Shown one piece after another: positions 14,691 through 30,659 of a stretch of DNA of 64,000 nucleotides. Positions within the stretch are counted from its first letter, which is position 1; each line of letters opens with the position of its first letter. The position numbers and the translations under genes were made by a program. This stretch comes from the human T2T-CHM13v2.0 reference genome, Homo sapiens, in the NCBI RefSeq assembly GCF_009914755.1, contig NC_060925.1, one strand, 5' to 3'. Under the pieces are notes generated by a model. It did not search any database, was not told the DNA's origin, and saw only the letters and a list, made by a program, of their open reading frames with translations.

Positions 14691-15719
14691 CAAAGGGCTG
14701 TGCTTTTAAGACATATTTCATTTTTGAGTGGATAAGAAAGAAATTTTCTCCAAAGAAACAGTACAAAGTAATAGGCTGCTTAGAAAGCACACAATATTTG
14801 CCCAACTAAAACTAGTACATATCATTAAGTTAGTATGTAACAATCAAGGCAAATGGGTGGCCATCAGCTGCCAAAGCACAGCATTATCAATTCAATAATT
14901 TCAAGAGGAGCAGTCAATCAATAGTAACCTCCAAATTAGCATCAATTCTGCCATTATTTTCAGGAACATTCAAATGGTTCTAATAAGGCAATTTAGCTAA
15001 ACTATGATTCTGTGCTCTGGTTATTTTCAGCACGTAGGCTCAACTTTAAAGAAGCAGTAATTGTATAATAATATCAATAATACCAATTGGGGCTTATCTG
15101 TTTCTCTATAAAAGCAAATGCTTTTTGTATTATATTATAACACACAAGTCCTTTGAAATACAAATGTGAATTACACGCACATAATTAAGTTGATGAGAGT
15201 AGAAGGAATTACTCTCCCCACAACTACACCCTCACCAATTACCTTTCACATCTCCTTCATTTTTTTTAATTTTTAATTTTTGTGGGTCCATAGTAGGTAT
15301 ATGTATTTATGGGATACATGACATATTTTGATAAGGCATAAAATGTGTAATAATCACATCAGTATAAATAGGGTAGCCATCACATCAAGCATTTATCCTT
15401 TCTTTGTGTTACAAACAATCCATTTATACTTAGTTATTTTTAAATGTACAATAAATTATTGTTGACTGTAGTCTCCCTGTTATACTATCAAATACTAGAT
15501 CTTATTCATTCTATCTAACTACATTTTTTTACCTATTAATCAACCCCCTTCACCTCACCCACTACTCTTTCCAGCCTCTGGTAACTACTGTTCTACTCTC
15601 TACCTCCGTGAGTTCAATTGTTTTAATTTTTAGCTCCCACAAACAAGTGAGAACATACAAAGGTCTCACTTTGGGCACCTTTTCATGTACCTGTCTGCTA
15701 TTTGGTTGTCTTCTTTTGA

Positions 15720-16072
<353 letters not shown>

Positions 16073-19000
16073 TTTAACTTAGATTGTTTCTTATAGAGTT
16101 GTTTAAGCTTCTTATACATTCTGGTTATCAGCCCCTGTCAGATGGATAGTTTGCAAATATTTTCTCCCATTCTGTCAGTTGTCTCTTCACTTTGTTGATT
16201 GTTTCATTTGCTGTGCAGAAGCCTTCTAACTTGATGGGATCCCATTTGTCCATTTTTGCTTTTGTTGCCCATGCTTATGGGACATTACTCAAGAAACCTT
16301 TGCTCCGTCCAATGTCCTAGAGAGTTTCCCTAATGTTTTATTTTAGTAGTTTCATACTTTGACATCTTAGATTTAAGTCTTTAATCTATTTTGATTTGGT
16401 TTTTGTATATGGCAAGAGGTAGGGGTCTAGTTTCATTCTTCTGCGTATGGACCTCCAGCTTTCCTAGCACCATTTACTGAAGAGACTGTCCCTTCTCCAA
16501 AGTATGCTCTTGTTACCTTTGTGGGATATAAGTTCACTGTAGATATATAGATTTATTCTGGGTTCTCTATTCTGTTCCATTGGTGTATGTGTTTGGTTTT
16601 ATGCCAACACCATGCTGTTTTGGTTACTATAGCTCTGTACTACAATTTGAAGTCAGGTAATGTGATTCCTCCAGTTTTGTTCTTTTTGTTCATGATAGCT
16701 TTGGCTATCCTGGGTCTTTTGTGGTTCCATATAAATTTTAGGATTGTCTTTTCTATTTCTGTGAAGAATGTCATTGGTATTTTGATAAGGATTGCATTGA
16801 ATCTGTAGATTGCTTTGGGTTGGGTGGTATGGATATTTTAACAATATTAATAATTCCAACCCATGAACATGGAATATCTTTCCTTTTTGTGTGTGCCATC
16901 TGCAATTTCTTTCATCAGTGTTTTATAGTTATCATTGTAGAGATCTTTCACTTCTTTTGGTTAATTTCTAGGTATTTAATTTTATTAGCATCTATTATAA
17001 GTGGGATTACTTTCTTGATTTCATTTTCAGATTGTTCACTGCTGGCATATAGAAATGCTACTGATTTTTGTATATTGATTTTGTATCCTGCAACTTTACT
17101 GAATTTGTTTATCAGTTCTAATAGTTTTTTTTTTTTTTGGTAGAGTCTTCATATTTTTCTAAAGATAAGATCATGTCATCTACAAACAAGAATAATTTGA
17201 TGTCTTCCTTTCCAGTTTAGGTGCCTTTTATTTCTTTCTCTTGTCTGATTGCTCTAGCTGGGATGTCCAGTACTATGTTGAGTAACAGTTATGAAGTGGG
17301 TGTCCTTGTTGTGTTTCAGATCTTAGAGGAAAGGATTTCATGTGGACCTGTCATATATGGCTTTTATGGTGTTGAGGTATGTCTCTTTTATACCCAGTTT
17401 TTGAGGGCTTTTGTCACAAAGGGATGTCGAATTTTATCAAATGCTTTTCAGCATCAATTGAAATGATCATATGGTTTTTGTCCTTAATTCTGTTGATATG
17501 ATGTATCACATTGATTGATTTACATATATGGAATCATCCTTGCATCCCTGGGATAAATCCCACTTCATCACGATAAATGATCTTTTTAATGTTTTGTTGA
17601 ATTCAATTTACTAGTATTTTGTTGACGATTTTTGCATCAACATCCATCAACAATATTGGCCTGTAGTTTTCTTTTTTTGATGTGTCTTTGTTTTTGGTGT
17701 CAGGTAATACTGGCCTCATTGAATGATTTGGAACTATTTGCTTCTCCTTTGTTTTTCAGAATAGTTTGGGTAGGATTGGTATTAGTTCTTTAAATGTTTG
17801 GTAAAATACAGCAGTGAAGCTATCAGGCCCTGGGCTTTTCTTTGCTATATATTTATTACAGCTTTGATCTCATTACTTGTTATTGGTCTGTTCAAGTTTT
17901 GAATTTCTTCATGATTCAATATTGGTAGGTTGTAGGTATCCAGGAATTATCCATTTCTCTTAGGTTTTCCAACTTATTGACATATAGTTAGCCATAGTGG
18001 CCACTAATAATCCTTTGAATTTCTGCAGCATTGGTTGTAATGTTTCCATTTTCAGGTCTAATTTTATTTGGGTCTTGTCTTTTTTTCTTAGTCTGACTAA
18101 AGTTTGTCAATTTTACTTATCTTTTCAAAAACCCCACTTTTTGTTTCATTGATCTTTTGTATTGTTTTTTCATTTCCATTTCATTTATTTCTGCTCCAAT
18201 CTTTATTATTAATTTGCTTGTTATTAGCTGCTTATTATAATATCTGGGTGCTCTAGTGTTGGGTGCATATATATTTACAATTGTTATAACCTCTTGCTGA
18301 ATTGACCCCTTTATCATTCTAAAATGACCCCTTTTGTCTCTTTTTATAGTTTTTATTTTGAAATCTATTTTATCTGATATAGGTATAGTTTACTCCTGCT
18401 CTTTTTTGGTTTTCATTTGTATGGAACATCTTTTTCCATCCCTTTATTTTCAGCCTATGTGTGTCATTATAGGTGAAGTGTATTTCCTATAGGCAACCAA
18501 TCATTGGGTCTTGTGTTTTATCCATTCAGCCATTCTATGTCTTTTGATTGGAGAGTTTAGTTCACTTACATTCAATGTTATTATTGATAAGTAAGGGCTT
18601 ACTCCTGCTATTTTGTTATTAGTTTTCTGATTGCTTTTTGGTCTTCTCTTCCTTCTTTTCTGCCTTCCTGCCATTTTATTAGTGAAGATGATTTTTCTCC
18701 AGTGGTGTTTTTAATTTCTTTATTTTTATTTTTTTGTTTGTTATATGATTTTTTTATTTGAGGCTACCATGAGGCTTGCAAATAATATCTTATAACCCAT
18801 TATTTTAAACTGATGACAACTTAACACTGATTGCATAAACAAATAAGCAAAGAGAAAACAAAAAAAAACTCTATACATTAACTTCATTTTTTTAACTTTC
18901 TGTTAATCCACTTTTTAACTTTCTGTTGTTATATTTATAGCTTATTGTATTGTCTATGTGTTGAAAACTTGTAGTTATTATTTTTGATCAGTCCATCTTT

Positions 19001-19275
19001 TAGTCTTTCTACTCAAGACGTGAGTAGTTTACACACCACAATTACAGTGTTATAATATTCTGGCTTTTTCTGTGTACTTACTGTAACTAGTGAGTTTTGA
19101 ACCTCCCAATGCTTTATTCTTGCTCATTAACGCCCTTTACTTTCAGATTGAAGGACTCCCTTTAGCATTTCTGGTAGGACAGGTCTGGCATTGATGTAAT
19201 CCTTTAGCTTGTCTAAGAAAGTTCTTATTTATCTTTCATGTTTGAAGGGTATTTTTGCTGGATATACTATTCTAG

Positions 19276-19776
<501 letters not shown>

Positions 19777-22379
19777 TAATTATTGGATGTCTTGAGATAG
19801 TATTATTTGGGTTAAACCTATAACCCAAGTTAGGTGTTCTATAACCTTCTTGTACTTGAATATTTATATATTTCTTGAGGTTTGGAAAGCCTTATTATTC
19901 CTTTGAATAAACTTTCTACCCCTATCTGTCTGTCTACCTCCTCTTTAAGGCCAATAACTCAGACTTGCCCTTTTGAGGCTATTTTCTAGATCTTCTAGGC
20001 ATGCTTCATTCTTTTTTCTTTGATCTCCTCTGATTGTGTATTTTCAAACAGCCTGTCTTCAAGTTCGCTAATTCTTTCTCCTGCTTGATCAATTCTGTTA
20101 TTAAGGGACTTTGATGCATTCTTCAGTATGTCGATTACATTTTTCAACTCCAGAATTTCTGCTTAATTCTTTTTACTTATTTAAATATCTTTGTTAAATT
20201 TATCTGATAGGATTCTGAATTCCTCCTCTGTGTTATCTTGAATTTTGTTGAATTTCCTCAAAACAGCTATTTTTAATTCTCTGTCTGAAAGGTCAAATAT
20301 CTCTGTCTCTCCAAGATTGGTCCCTGGTGTCTTACTTAGCTTTGGTGAGGTCAAGTTTTCCTGGATGGTCTTGATGCTTGTGGATGTTCATCAGTGTCTG
20401 GGCATTGAAGAGTTAGGTATTTATTGTCATGTTCTCAGTCTGGGCTTGTTTGTACCCTTCTTTCTTAGGAAGGCTTTCCAGGTATTCAAAGGGACTTAAG
20501 TGTTGTAGTCTAAGTTTTTGGTCACTTCTGCCATATCTGCATTAGGTAATGCTGTGGCTCTTGTAGATTCATAGAGATACCACCTTGGTGGTCTTGGATA
20601 AGATCCAGAAAAATTTCCTGGATTACCAGGCAGAGTCTTGTTCTCGTCCCCTGCTTTCTCCAAAACAAATGGAGTCTCTTTCTCTGTGTTGAGCTGCCTG
20701 GAGCTGGGGAAGGGGTGACACAAGCACCCAGTGACCACCACCACTGGGACTATACTTGGTCAGACCGGAAGCCAGGCACAGCACTAGGACTCACCCAAGG
20801 CCTGTGATAACCACTGCCTGCCTACGACCTATGTTTGCTCAAGGCCTTAGGGCCCTACAATTAGCAGATAGCAAGATGAGCTTGGCTTGTGTCCTTATTT
20901 TCAGAATGGTGAGTTCCCCCCAGGCCCTGAGCAGGTCTAGAGATGCCATCCTGGAGCCAGGACCTAGAGTCAGAAACCTTAGGAATCTACCTGGTGCTCT
21001 ATTCTACTGCAGCTGAGCTGGCACCCAAGCCACAAGACCAAATCTTTTACACTCTTCCCTCTCCTTTCCACAAGCAGAAGAGTCTCTCTCTGTGGCCCCC
21101 ACAGCTGGGAATGTACTGGGTCTCACCTGAATCCAGCACAGCTCTGAGTCTCACTCAATGCCCATGGCAAGTACTGCCTGGGTACTGCTGATGTTTATTC
21201 GAGACCCAAGGGCTCTTTAGCCAGCAGGTGATGAATCCAGCCAGAACTGGGGCCTTCCCTTCAAGGTAGCAAGTTCCCTTCTGGCACAGGGTGTGTTTAG
21301 AAATGTCCTTTGGGAACTAGGGGCTGGAATGGGGGCCTCAGGACTTTGCCTGGTCCCCTATTCTACTGTGGCTGAGCTGGTATCCAAGGTGTGAGACAAA
21401 GTCCTCTTTACTCTTCCCTCTCCTGAAGCAGAAGGAAGGAGTCTTTCCAGGAGATGCAAGCTGTGCAGCCTGGGGTTAGGGGAATGGTGATGCAAGCACT
21501 CCCTTGGCCACCCCAGCTGGTGTGTTACTGGGTCACATGTCCCCCAACTCCACTGGCTCCAAGGCCAGCACAGCACCAGGACTTGCCTAGGAATTACAGT
21601 CTTTGTGGTCTAGACTGCCTTTCAAGTGTATTTAGGACCCCAAAGTACTTTAGCTTGCCAGCACTCAGGTTCTGACCACTGGGATGCGTGATTCCCCTCT
21701 GGCTAGGGCTTGTTTAAATACTCCCTCCATGGGTGCCAGCTGAGTTCTTCCTGGCATTGCTTTCCACTGTGACAGGGCAGCACTGAGTTCCAGTGCAAAG
21801 TTCCTGTGCTCTCCCTCCCCCAAGCATACAGATTCTGTCTCTGTGCCATGCGACCACTGCCAGGGAATGGAAGACTGGGTGGTATAGGCAATTCAAGACT
21901 GCCTCTCCCACCCTCTTTGGTGCCTCTTTCAGTGATAGGAAGTTAAAACTAGGTACTGTGATCACCTGATTTTTGGTTCTTATAAAGGTGATTTTCTGTG
22001 TGAATAGTTGTACAATTTGGTGTTCCTGCAGGGAGGAAAATCGCTGGAGGCTTCTATTAGGCCATCTTGCTCTGCCCCAAGTCCTCTTCATTTTCACGTG
22101 ATGCACACCCACTCTCCCATCCCCTTGTCCCCACCCTACTCTACCTGCACACATACAAATGAATGTAAGTGGGGAAATAACCCCAATGTAATGAGAAGTA
22201 TAATAAACATGTAAAATACAGTCACTAAATCATTTTTCTTAATAGTTTCATTACATTTGGCTTTTGATTAAAATAATTTCTGTTCCTATCCATGATTTTA
22301 GTGTCATATTGCGTGTCCACAGAAACTCCCTTCCTTGAAATCCCAGCCAGTCCTTTTCTAAATCCCAAAATACTTTATT

Positions 22380-22522
22380 TTTCTTGTCAGTGTTATTAAA
22401 GTATAATTTACAGACAAAAATTTCACCAAGTTTAAGAGTAAAATTCAATGAGTTTGACACGTATTTATAATTGTACAACTACCACACAATCATGAAATAA
22501 AATATTTTTATCACACCAAAAA
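22380..22522 (-). mobile_element. L1MB/MC 3' terminal fragment
   Basis: GTATAATTTACA..CAAAAATTTCACC...CAATGAGTTTGACA...AACTACCACACAATC. Confidence 0.7.
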
Positions 22523-24145
22523 CCCAATCTTAAAAAAACAATTCAGGCCATCTAAAAAAATTGCTTTTATTCCTATTCAAATGTTCAAGTACCCCAAAAT
22601 CATAATGTTTTAAATGCTTCTAAATGGTGTTGTCCTTTGACCATGTGAGATTTAATAAGTCTAGTTTTTTCTAAAGTTTGAAAGGAAGGTCTATGCCACT
22701 TTTTTTTTATAAATAGCAACTTCCTAGAAGATTTTTTTCACCTCCAAAAAAGAAGATATATAAATTTTAAGGCATTCAGTTTTTAAGCATAAAACTCACT
22801 TGTAAGATTTTCCCTCTGAAAGTATGTCTTTTTTCCTCCACCACATGAGTTGTATATTTAAATTTAAATTTTGGTTTTTTTCTTAATGTAACAATAAAAC
22901 AAGAACTAGCTAATTGCATCAGCTCCACTAACGTGTGGTCAAAAGGGTTGTTAAAATGTATCTGATAGATCAAATTATCATGAAGTTCTAGCAGGAGGAT
23001 TTGTCAAAACTTCTACTGAACATTGTGCTTGATGCTGTAAACATCACATTTCATCATCTAACCAACTGTAAGCCTGCAACTAGCAGATTAGAACAGAGAC
23101 AGCCCTCTTAGACAGTAACAAGAGTAAGACCAAAAACAGGAATCGAGAACCCTTCCATCCCAAAAGAGCTTCCAAAGGATCAGGACATCAGCTCCAAGTT
23201 GAAGTTTCCCTGTTCATGCTCCAATGACCTCAGCTGGCAGAACAAAAGCAACCAGCTTGTTTACCTTCCATGTGTCTCTTACAGACTTTTCAGGACCATC
23301 CAGTTTGCCGAGCTTTCCTTTATCCTCTTTCACAACTTCCTACTCAGTGTTTATTTTACCAGTAAGTGACAGGAGAAAAATGGATAGGGTACGACTCAAA
23401 TCTATCCATTTTGCAAATGATCGGCAATGAAATAAGTCTTCAGAGATTAAACTCTAGGTACACAGCTGAGAGAAATGTTTGAAATCTGCTCAATTCAGAT
23501 TGAAGGCTGCCACAACATAGAGAGATGTATCTATCAACCCTCATCTGGAAGAGGAGGAGACTGACAGTTTAATTTCTCCTGGCAGGTTTCCCACATTTCT
23601 ATTTGTAGGGCACACTCCGTAGCGTAGAGATGCCTGAAATGAGCATGTTCAAAGTGATAAGAAGGAAACTGATTCAAAGGGGAGCAAGTTATGTAATTTC
23701 AGTGATTTCAACATATGCTTTCCTGTATATATGAGGAGATATGATTTATGAAATGTGGACCATCAAGAGGTAAACCAGACAAGAAAATCATACGACACCC
23801 ATTAAATAAACTCCTAACTGGTACACGTAGTGGGTAGAAGGGAGCAAGGGCAAATATGACCATGACGCTTCTATATATAATCATACAACCACCAACTTGG
23901 AAAACAGAGCTTAAGGTATGGATGCTCATGCATCAGCCTCACTTCCAGCAGAGCCCTTTGATAAGATGATTGTGGTCACCAAATGTACATTATGGTTTTA
24001 TGACACATTAGTGTACATCATAAAACCAGAGCCATAAAGGGATGTGGTTCAACCAATTAGTCTTAAGTGCTAGATAAAATACTTCAGCATGAGGTAGATG
24101 AGTCTGCAGGCACATTTTAAAAAGAGCGTGTTTCATTGTTTCTAA

Positions 24146-24472
<327 letters not shown>

Positions 24473-25280
24473 TAACCTCTCTATATTGTGAGTATGTCTT
24501 TAATCAATGCAGTCTTATAACTGGCTTCCACTAGTTGCTATCATGATGTAGTTGCACGTGTACAATCTTGGTCATACACATTAATATTATTGTCGCTTTA
24601 GCTAAGATTTACTTATAGTGTTAAATTTCATTTCCATTTTATATGTCTTTACATGTAACTCAACATTGAAACAAAAAGTTATTGTATAAGTAGAAAAGCA
24701 TAGAAATGAAGTTGGAGGATAAATTTGATATTAGTGGAATACATATTTTTCTTTGGAAGAATGACCACAATTCTGTATTTTATTGCAAACAGCAATCAGT
24801 TGTCTTACAGGATCTATAACAAAAGGTAAATGAAGTTGAGTTGCATTTTGCTACACAGACATGTGCAAAGAATTGTCTATCTTATGCCAAGCCATACAAG
24901 AAGGCAGGCAAAAGTGCCAAATATCCCAGAAGAAAGGCAGGAAATGTCAAAGCAATAAGAAGCCAGTATGACCAACTCATGTGTAGCGCAGCACAATCAT
25001 TAAACATCATTGACAGCACTTTTTTCTTAAAGGTACATAAAATAGTGGTGTACTTTCAACTGAGGTCATGTTCACATCAAATACTATAGTCAAGTTTGTC
25101 TTTAGCACCCTCTCCATGTTCTCCCTTCCTCCAGATATCTCATATACTGCCCAGCTATTTCTGAATATTAGTGTTACCCCTCCCAGGGCTACTAATATTT
25201 GAAACATAGCATCTAATTATAAAACGAGTTATGTACAAGGCTGGTTCAAGCTGTAAAAATGTTCCTTGAGATGATCTAGA

Positions 25281-25814
25281 ATAGTGGTCCCCAACCTCTT
25301 GGCACCAGGAACAAGTTTCATAGAAGACAATTTTTCCATGGACCAGGGTTGGGGTGGCAGATGGTTTTGGGATGATTCAAGTGTATTACACTTATTGTGT
25401 ACTTTATTTCTATTATTATTACATTGTAATATATAATGAAGTAATTTTGCAACTCACCATAATGTACAATTAGTGGAAGCCCTGAGCTTGTTTTCCTGCA
25501 ACTAGACGGTCCCATCTGGGGGTGATGGGAGACAATGATAGATTGTCAGACATTAGTTAGATTCTCATAAGGATCATGAACTTAGATCCCCTGCATGCAC
25601 AGTTCACAGTAGAGTTCGTGCTCCTATAAGAATCTAATGCTGCCGCTGACCTGACAGGAGGTGGAGCTCAGGTGGTAATGCAAGTAATGGGGAGCGGCTG
25701 TAAATACAGATGAAGCTTCGCTTGCTCATCTGCTGCTCACCTCCTGCTATGAGGCCTGGTTCCTAACTGGCCACAGACGGTACTGGTCCATGGCCTGGCG
25801 GTTGGGAACTCCTG
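25281..25814 (+). mobile_element. MER1A (hAT-Charlie), complete
   Basis: TIRs AGTGGTCCCCAACC / GGTTGGGAACTCCTG; 8 bp TSD ATCTAGAA / GTCTAGAA. Confidence 0.92.
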
Positions 25815-26329
25815 GTCTAGAACACATGGAAAGTCATAGGCTCACATATTCTTTTCTTTTGTATATTTGACTTATTTGACTTAAATTTTGATTTTTTAAA
25901 AGCTTAAAAGTTATGAATAATGTATAACATAATATTTAACAAAGACAAGATTTAGGCATAAGCAAAGAAAAAACTATCTCCTTCTCTATTCCTTGTTAGT
26001 GCCAGTCTCTCTGCATCTATTTTCTTTAGTGAGTAGAAAAACTATCTGTTTATCCCAGCCAAAGATTGCCTACAACCCTTCTGACAAAAAAGAGAAACAC
26101 GACAGATGGCAATTATAATGGTAAACTCTCAATAATGCAGAAAGCATAACAAAAATCTCCTCCTCCTAAATTTGACTAGAGACACAAAAATTAAAGAGTA
26201 ATTAGATAAAGTGCAAGCTCTCAGTCTAACAATGAAAGCACTTTCAATACTCACAGAATATTCCCAACTTACATTTCACTCTTACTTCTACTACTTCCCT
26301 ACACTCCCACCAAAGTAGACTGCCATTCT

Positions 26330-26800
26330 GACAGCATGACCTACACCTTACCATCCCTGCTATGCCCCTGCTGCAGTGCCCTTTCTCAAAGTCCAGTTCA
26401 ACCTTTCAGAATCCTGTCCATCCTTTAAGGTCCATTCACTCAACATATATCCACTACAGTCTATTTATAAAATACTAAGGACAGGAAAAGTAATTCAGAA
26501 GGTCCCTGCCCTGAGGAGCCACCAGTCTGACCTATCTTAATTGCTACATTTTCCGCAAAGCCCTTTTGGATCTGCCAAACCACCTGTGATCTCTTCTTCC
26601 TTTTAAACCCCTTCTCTGGTATTTAAGAATCTCTGACCAATCCCCTACTATGAATCAGGGATAGTGCTGGGCACTTTCACATGCATTTATATCATTTACT
26701 CCACACCACATCTTCATACACAAATAAGGCCTCCATAGACCCCTGGGCATGTAAGAAAACTGATGTTCATAAGTTCACATCCATGGCAAATGCCTTGTTA
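26330..26800. mobile_element. L2 and MIR fragments
   Basis: CCATCCTTTAAGGTCC, TCCCTGCCCTGAGGAGC, GTGCTGGGCACTTTCACATGCATT. Confidence 0.5.
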
Positions 26801-27220
26801 GGAAATGAAATGTAGTTTTATCAACTTTTGTATCTGCGGCTATTTCCATCAATATTACAGCAGCACCCACTTCATCTTATTATTATTTGTGTGGTTATCT
26901 TACTTTCTCTATTACAATGACATTTTAAAACAAGAATTGAATCTTATACAGTCTAACATAAGTTTCAACACTCGCTATAGAAATGCCTGGTTTATAGCAG
27001 CTACTCAAAGAATGTTTCATAAGAAAGTTGTGTTCCAAGTATTCTGGTGAATGCCAATGCTGGTTCACAATGATGGGGGTCTGAGAACCAACTGACCTCC
27101 CTGACATTGTGTGAAGCAGGAACATACCGAACCTTTACTGGAAGTTGGAAGAGGAAGATGAGAGCTGTGAGGGATCTCAGAATGCATATGGGAAATCATG
27201 GGTTCAAGAAAGAGGCAATA

Positions 27221-27647
27221 AAAGAATGGAATCAACCTAGGTGCCCATCAACAGTGGATTGGATAAAATGTGGTACATATACACTATGGAATACTATGCA
27301 GCCATAAAAAGTAACAAAATTATGTCCTTTGCAGCAACATAATTGCAGCTAGAAGCCATTATCCTAAGCGAATTAATGCAGGAACAGAAAACCAAATACC
27401 ACATATTCTTACTTATAAGTGGGAAGTAAACATTGAGTACTCATGGACATAAAGATGGCAACAATAGACATTGGAAACTACTAGAGGGAGAAGGAAGGGA
27501 GGAGGGCAAGTGTTAAAAAAACTATTGGATACTATGCTTACTCTCTGGGTGATGGGATCAATTGTACCCCAAATCTCAGTATTATGCAATATACCATGTA
27601 ACAAACCTGCACATCTACCCCTTGAATCCAAAATAAGAGTTGAAATT
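27221..27647 (+). mobile_element. L1PA/L1PB 3' end
   Basis: TGGAATCAACCTAGGTGCCCATCAACAGTGG...GGAATACTATGCAGCCATAAAAA...ACAAACCTGCACAT. Confidence 0.92.
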
Positions 27648-27648
27648 G

Positions 27649-28306
<658 letters not shown>

Positions 28307-28397
28307 TTAGCAAATGTCACATACTACAGCTGTCATACAATCAAAGCTTCTGTCTGTGAGGTAGAGATTTTCAGAGGGAAATAAAAAATAAGATCCG

Positions 28398-28683
28398 AGG
28401 CTGGGAATCGTGGTTCACCCAGCACTTTGGGAGGCTGAGGTGGGAGAATCACTTGAGTCCCAGCAGTTCGAGACCAGCCTGGGCAATGCAGTGAGACCCT
28501 GTCTATACAAAAAATAAAAATAAAAAAGCTGGGCACAGTGGCAAGCACCTGTAGTCCCAGCTACTCAGAAGGCCAAGGTGCGAAGATCACTTGAGCCCAG
28601 GAGGTTGAGGCTGCAGTGGGCCATGATTGTGCCACTGCCCTCCAGCCAGGGTGATAGAGTGAGACCCTGTCTTAAAAATAATA
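28398..28683 (+). mobile_element. AluJ
   Basis: GAGCCCAGGAGGTTGAGGCTGCAG J-type right arm; AAAAAATAAGATCC-like TSD. Confidence 0.92.
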
Positions 28684-29578
28684 AGATCCAGCAAATAAAA
28701 GAAAGGGGCAATAATCTAACGTTGATCTGATTGAGCTTGGAAGGTCTAAAGCAAGCAACATTTAATACATAGAAATATATATATTTTTTTAAATGTGAAA
28801 ATAAAAGGGGGATGAAAATTTGCAAAAATTCAGACTGGCTTGATCAAGCTTTGTTCACAGTTCTGAGTACAACATAGGTACCTGGGAAAAAGAAAGCCTA
28901 GTTGGGTAAATTTCAAGGTCTGAATCTAGGGACACCAACTAAGTCAAGAGTTAGGGTTTTTTTTTTTTTAAGTTTTGACTTAAAATCCAGAATGAAAACC
29001 AATCCTTTTCCAGGAACCTACATAGCTGAGAGAGCTCAACTTGGATTTCATGTTAGAAGAGTTTCCCTGGGACAAACGGGAGACAGGCTCACAGGTGAAG
29101 GCAAATGCAGACTAGTGAGAGAGTTGCAGGATTTCAGAGCTGACGAACCACAGCTATATCTAACCCAACCTATTTTTGTGATAGATGAAAAAAAAAAAAA
29201 AACAGGGGAAACTAAGCGTCTATTGAAAGGTTTACACTTATGCTAAACTAATTAAGTAACATGAGCTTGCCACTCAGAACTGACCTCATCCAAACATAAC
29301 TGTGTTCCCAGATTCCATCACCAGACCATGAAAGCCATATGTACTCCAAAAGAGTGCTTATGTGCTCTGCTTGGACTATGATAGATGCTGGAAATGGAGG
29401 ATCCTGAGGGAAAAAGAACAACAGGAGAACTCACAGATTCCGGGAGTGTAGTTTCAGCAGCAGACAGTCTCCCAGGTTTTGATCCCCTGGAGAGTGAAGG
29501 AGCAAGCTTTCCAAGGGAAGTGGGGAGGAACAGCCATCCAAAGGAGCTCTCTGTCAGGCCTCATATTTCTCATGTTCC

Positions 29579-30063
29579 TGTATTGTTGCCTCCTGGTGAG
29601 TTTTCTGCCACTGCTATACGAAATTACCATAAACTTCATTGCTTAAAAAGAACAGAAACTTCCTCTGCAGTCCTGGAGGCTAGAAGTCTAAGTCAGTATC
29701 ACTGGGATGAAATCAAGGAGTTAGCAGGCCCACCTGCCCTCTGGCAGGGCCATTCCCTTCAGAGGCTCCACTCCTTGCCTATTCCAGCTTTGGTAGCTAC
29801 TGGGACTCCTGGGCTTGTGGCTGCATCACTCCATATTGCTTCAGTCTTCACACTGCGTGCGTGCGTGTGTGTGTGCGTGTGTGTGTGTAACCTCCCTCTG
29901 CTTTTCTCTTATAAAGATATATGTGATTGCATTTAATCCCCTAATCTCAAGTTCTTTAACTTAATCACATCCTCAAAGACACTTTTTTCCAAATAAGGTA
30001 ACATTTACAAGTTCCAGGGATTAGGACCTGACATCTTTGGGGAGCATTCTTCAGCCCACTACC
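29579..30063 (-). mobile_element. MLT1C/D-like MaLR LTR with (TG/CG)n tract
   Basis: Reverse complement begins GTAGTGGGCTGAAGAATGCTCCCCAAAGATGTC..GTCCTAATCCCTGGAAC. Confidence 0.85.
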
Positions 30064-30310
30064 CCACATTAATAAAACTCATCCCCATGATTAATATAAA
30101 GATGTTTTCAAGTAAAGAAACTGAGGGACTTATATGAAGTCACACTACAAGACTCTTCTCCATCCTATCCCTTTCCTCCTATGCTCCTTTCTTCCTTATA
30201 CGGGCGCATTTCTTTATAAGAAATTAATAAGTTCATCCAAGGAAGCAATAAATATTATGTAATACTGAGGACCTTGGTATTCATTGCTGACTTCTGTTAA
30301 TAGCTGGATT

Positions 30311-30492
30311 CTTTTTTTTTTTTTTTTTTTTTTTGAGAGACAGGTTCTTGCTATGTTGCCCAGGTGGAGTGCAGTGGCTATTCATAGATGCAATCACAGT
30401 GTACTACAACCTTTAACTTCTGGGTTCAAGCAATGCTCCTGCCTCAGCCTCTAACTAGCTGGGACTATAGGTGTGTGCCATTGTGCCTGGCC
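30311..30492 (-). mobile_element. FAM (fossil Alu monomer)
   Basis: Single monomer retaining 7SL-derived GCAGTGGCTATTCA.AG..GCAATC segment. Confidence 0.85.
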
Positions 30493-30659
30493 CTTAGTAG
30501 CTAATCCTAAAATCACTCTTAAGATGGTTCTGGAGGTCATACAATCTTCTATTGTCCCACTAGAACCCTTCCACTCCAGAAAGTGGAACTTATTACTTCT
30601 CCCTTTCTTCTCCACACCACCACAAAGAAAAGAATATGTATATTGTTTGTATATTGCTT

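Noticed and set aside
20980-21430. Internal direct repeat CTATTCTACTG..GCTGAGCTGG...CTCTTCCCTCTCCT
   Set aside because: Appears to be part of the repeated structure of the L1MA 5' UTR rather than a locus-specific event
24800-24832. Possible 15 nt plus-strand micro-exon (TTACAG|GATCTATAACAAAAG|GTAAAT)
   Set aside because: Weak donor and polypyrimidine tract; such motifs are common by chance
29385-29936. Longest ORF (183 aa)
   Set aside because: Runs through an MLT1 LTR and a (TG)n tract; no recognisable domain
30311-30492. 7SL RNA gene or pseudogene
   Set aside because: Lacks the S domain; structure fits a FAM monomer
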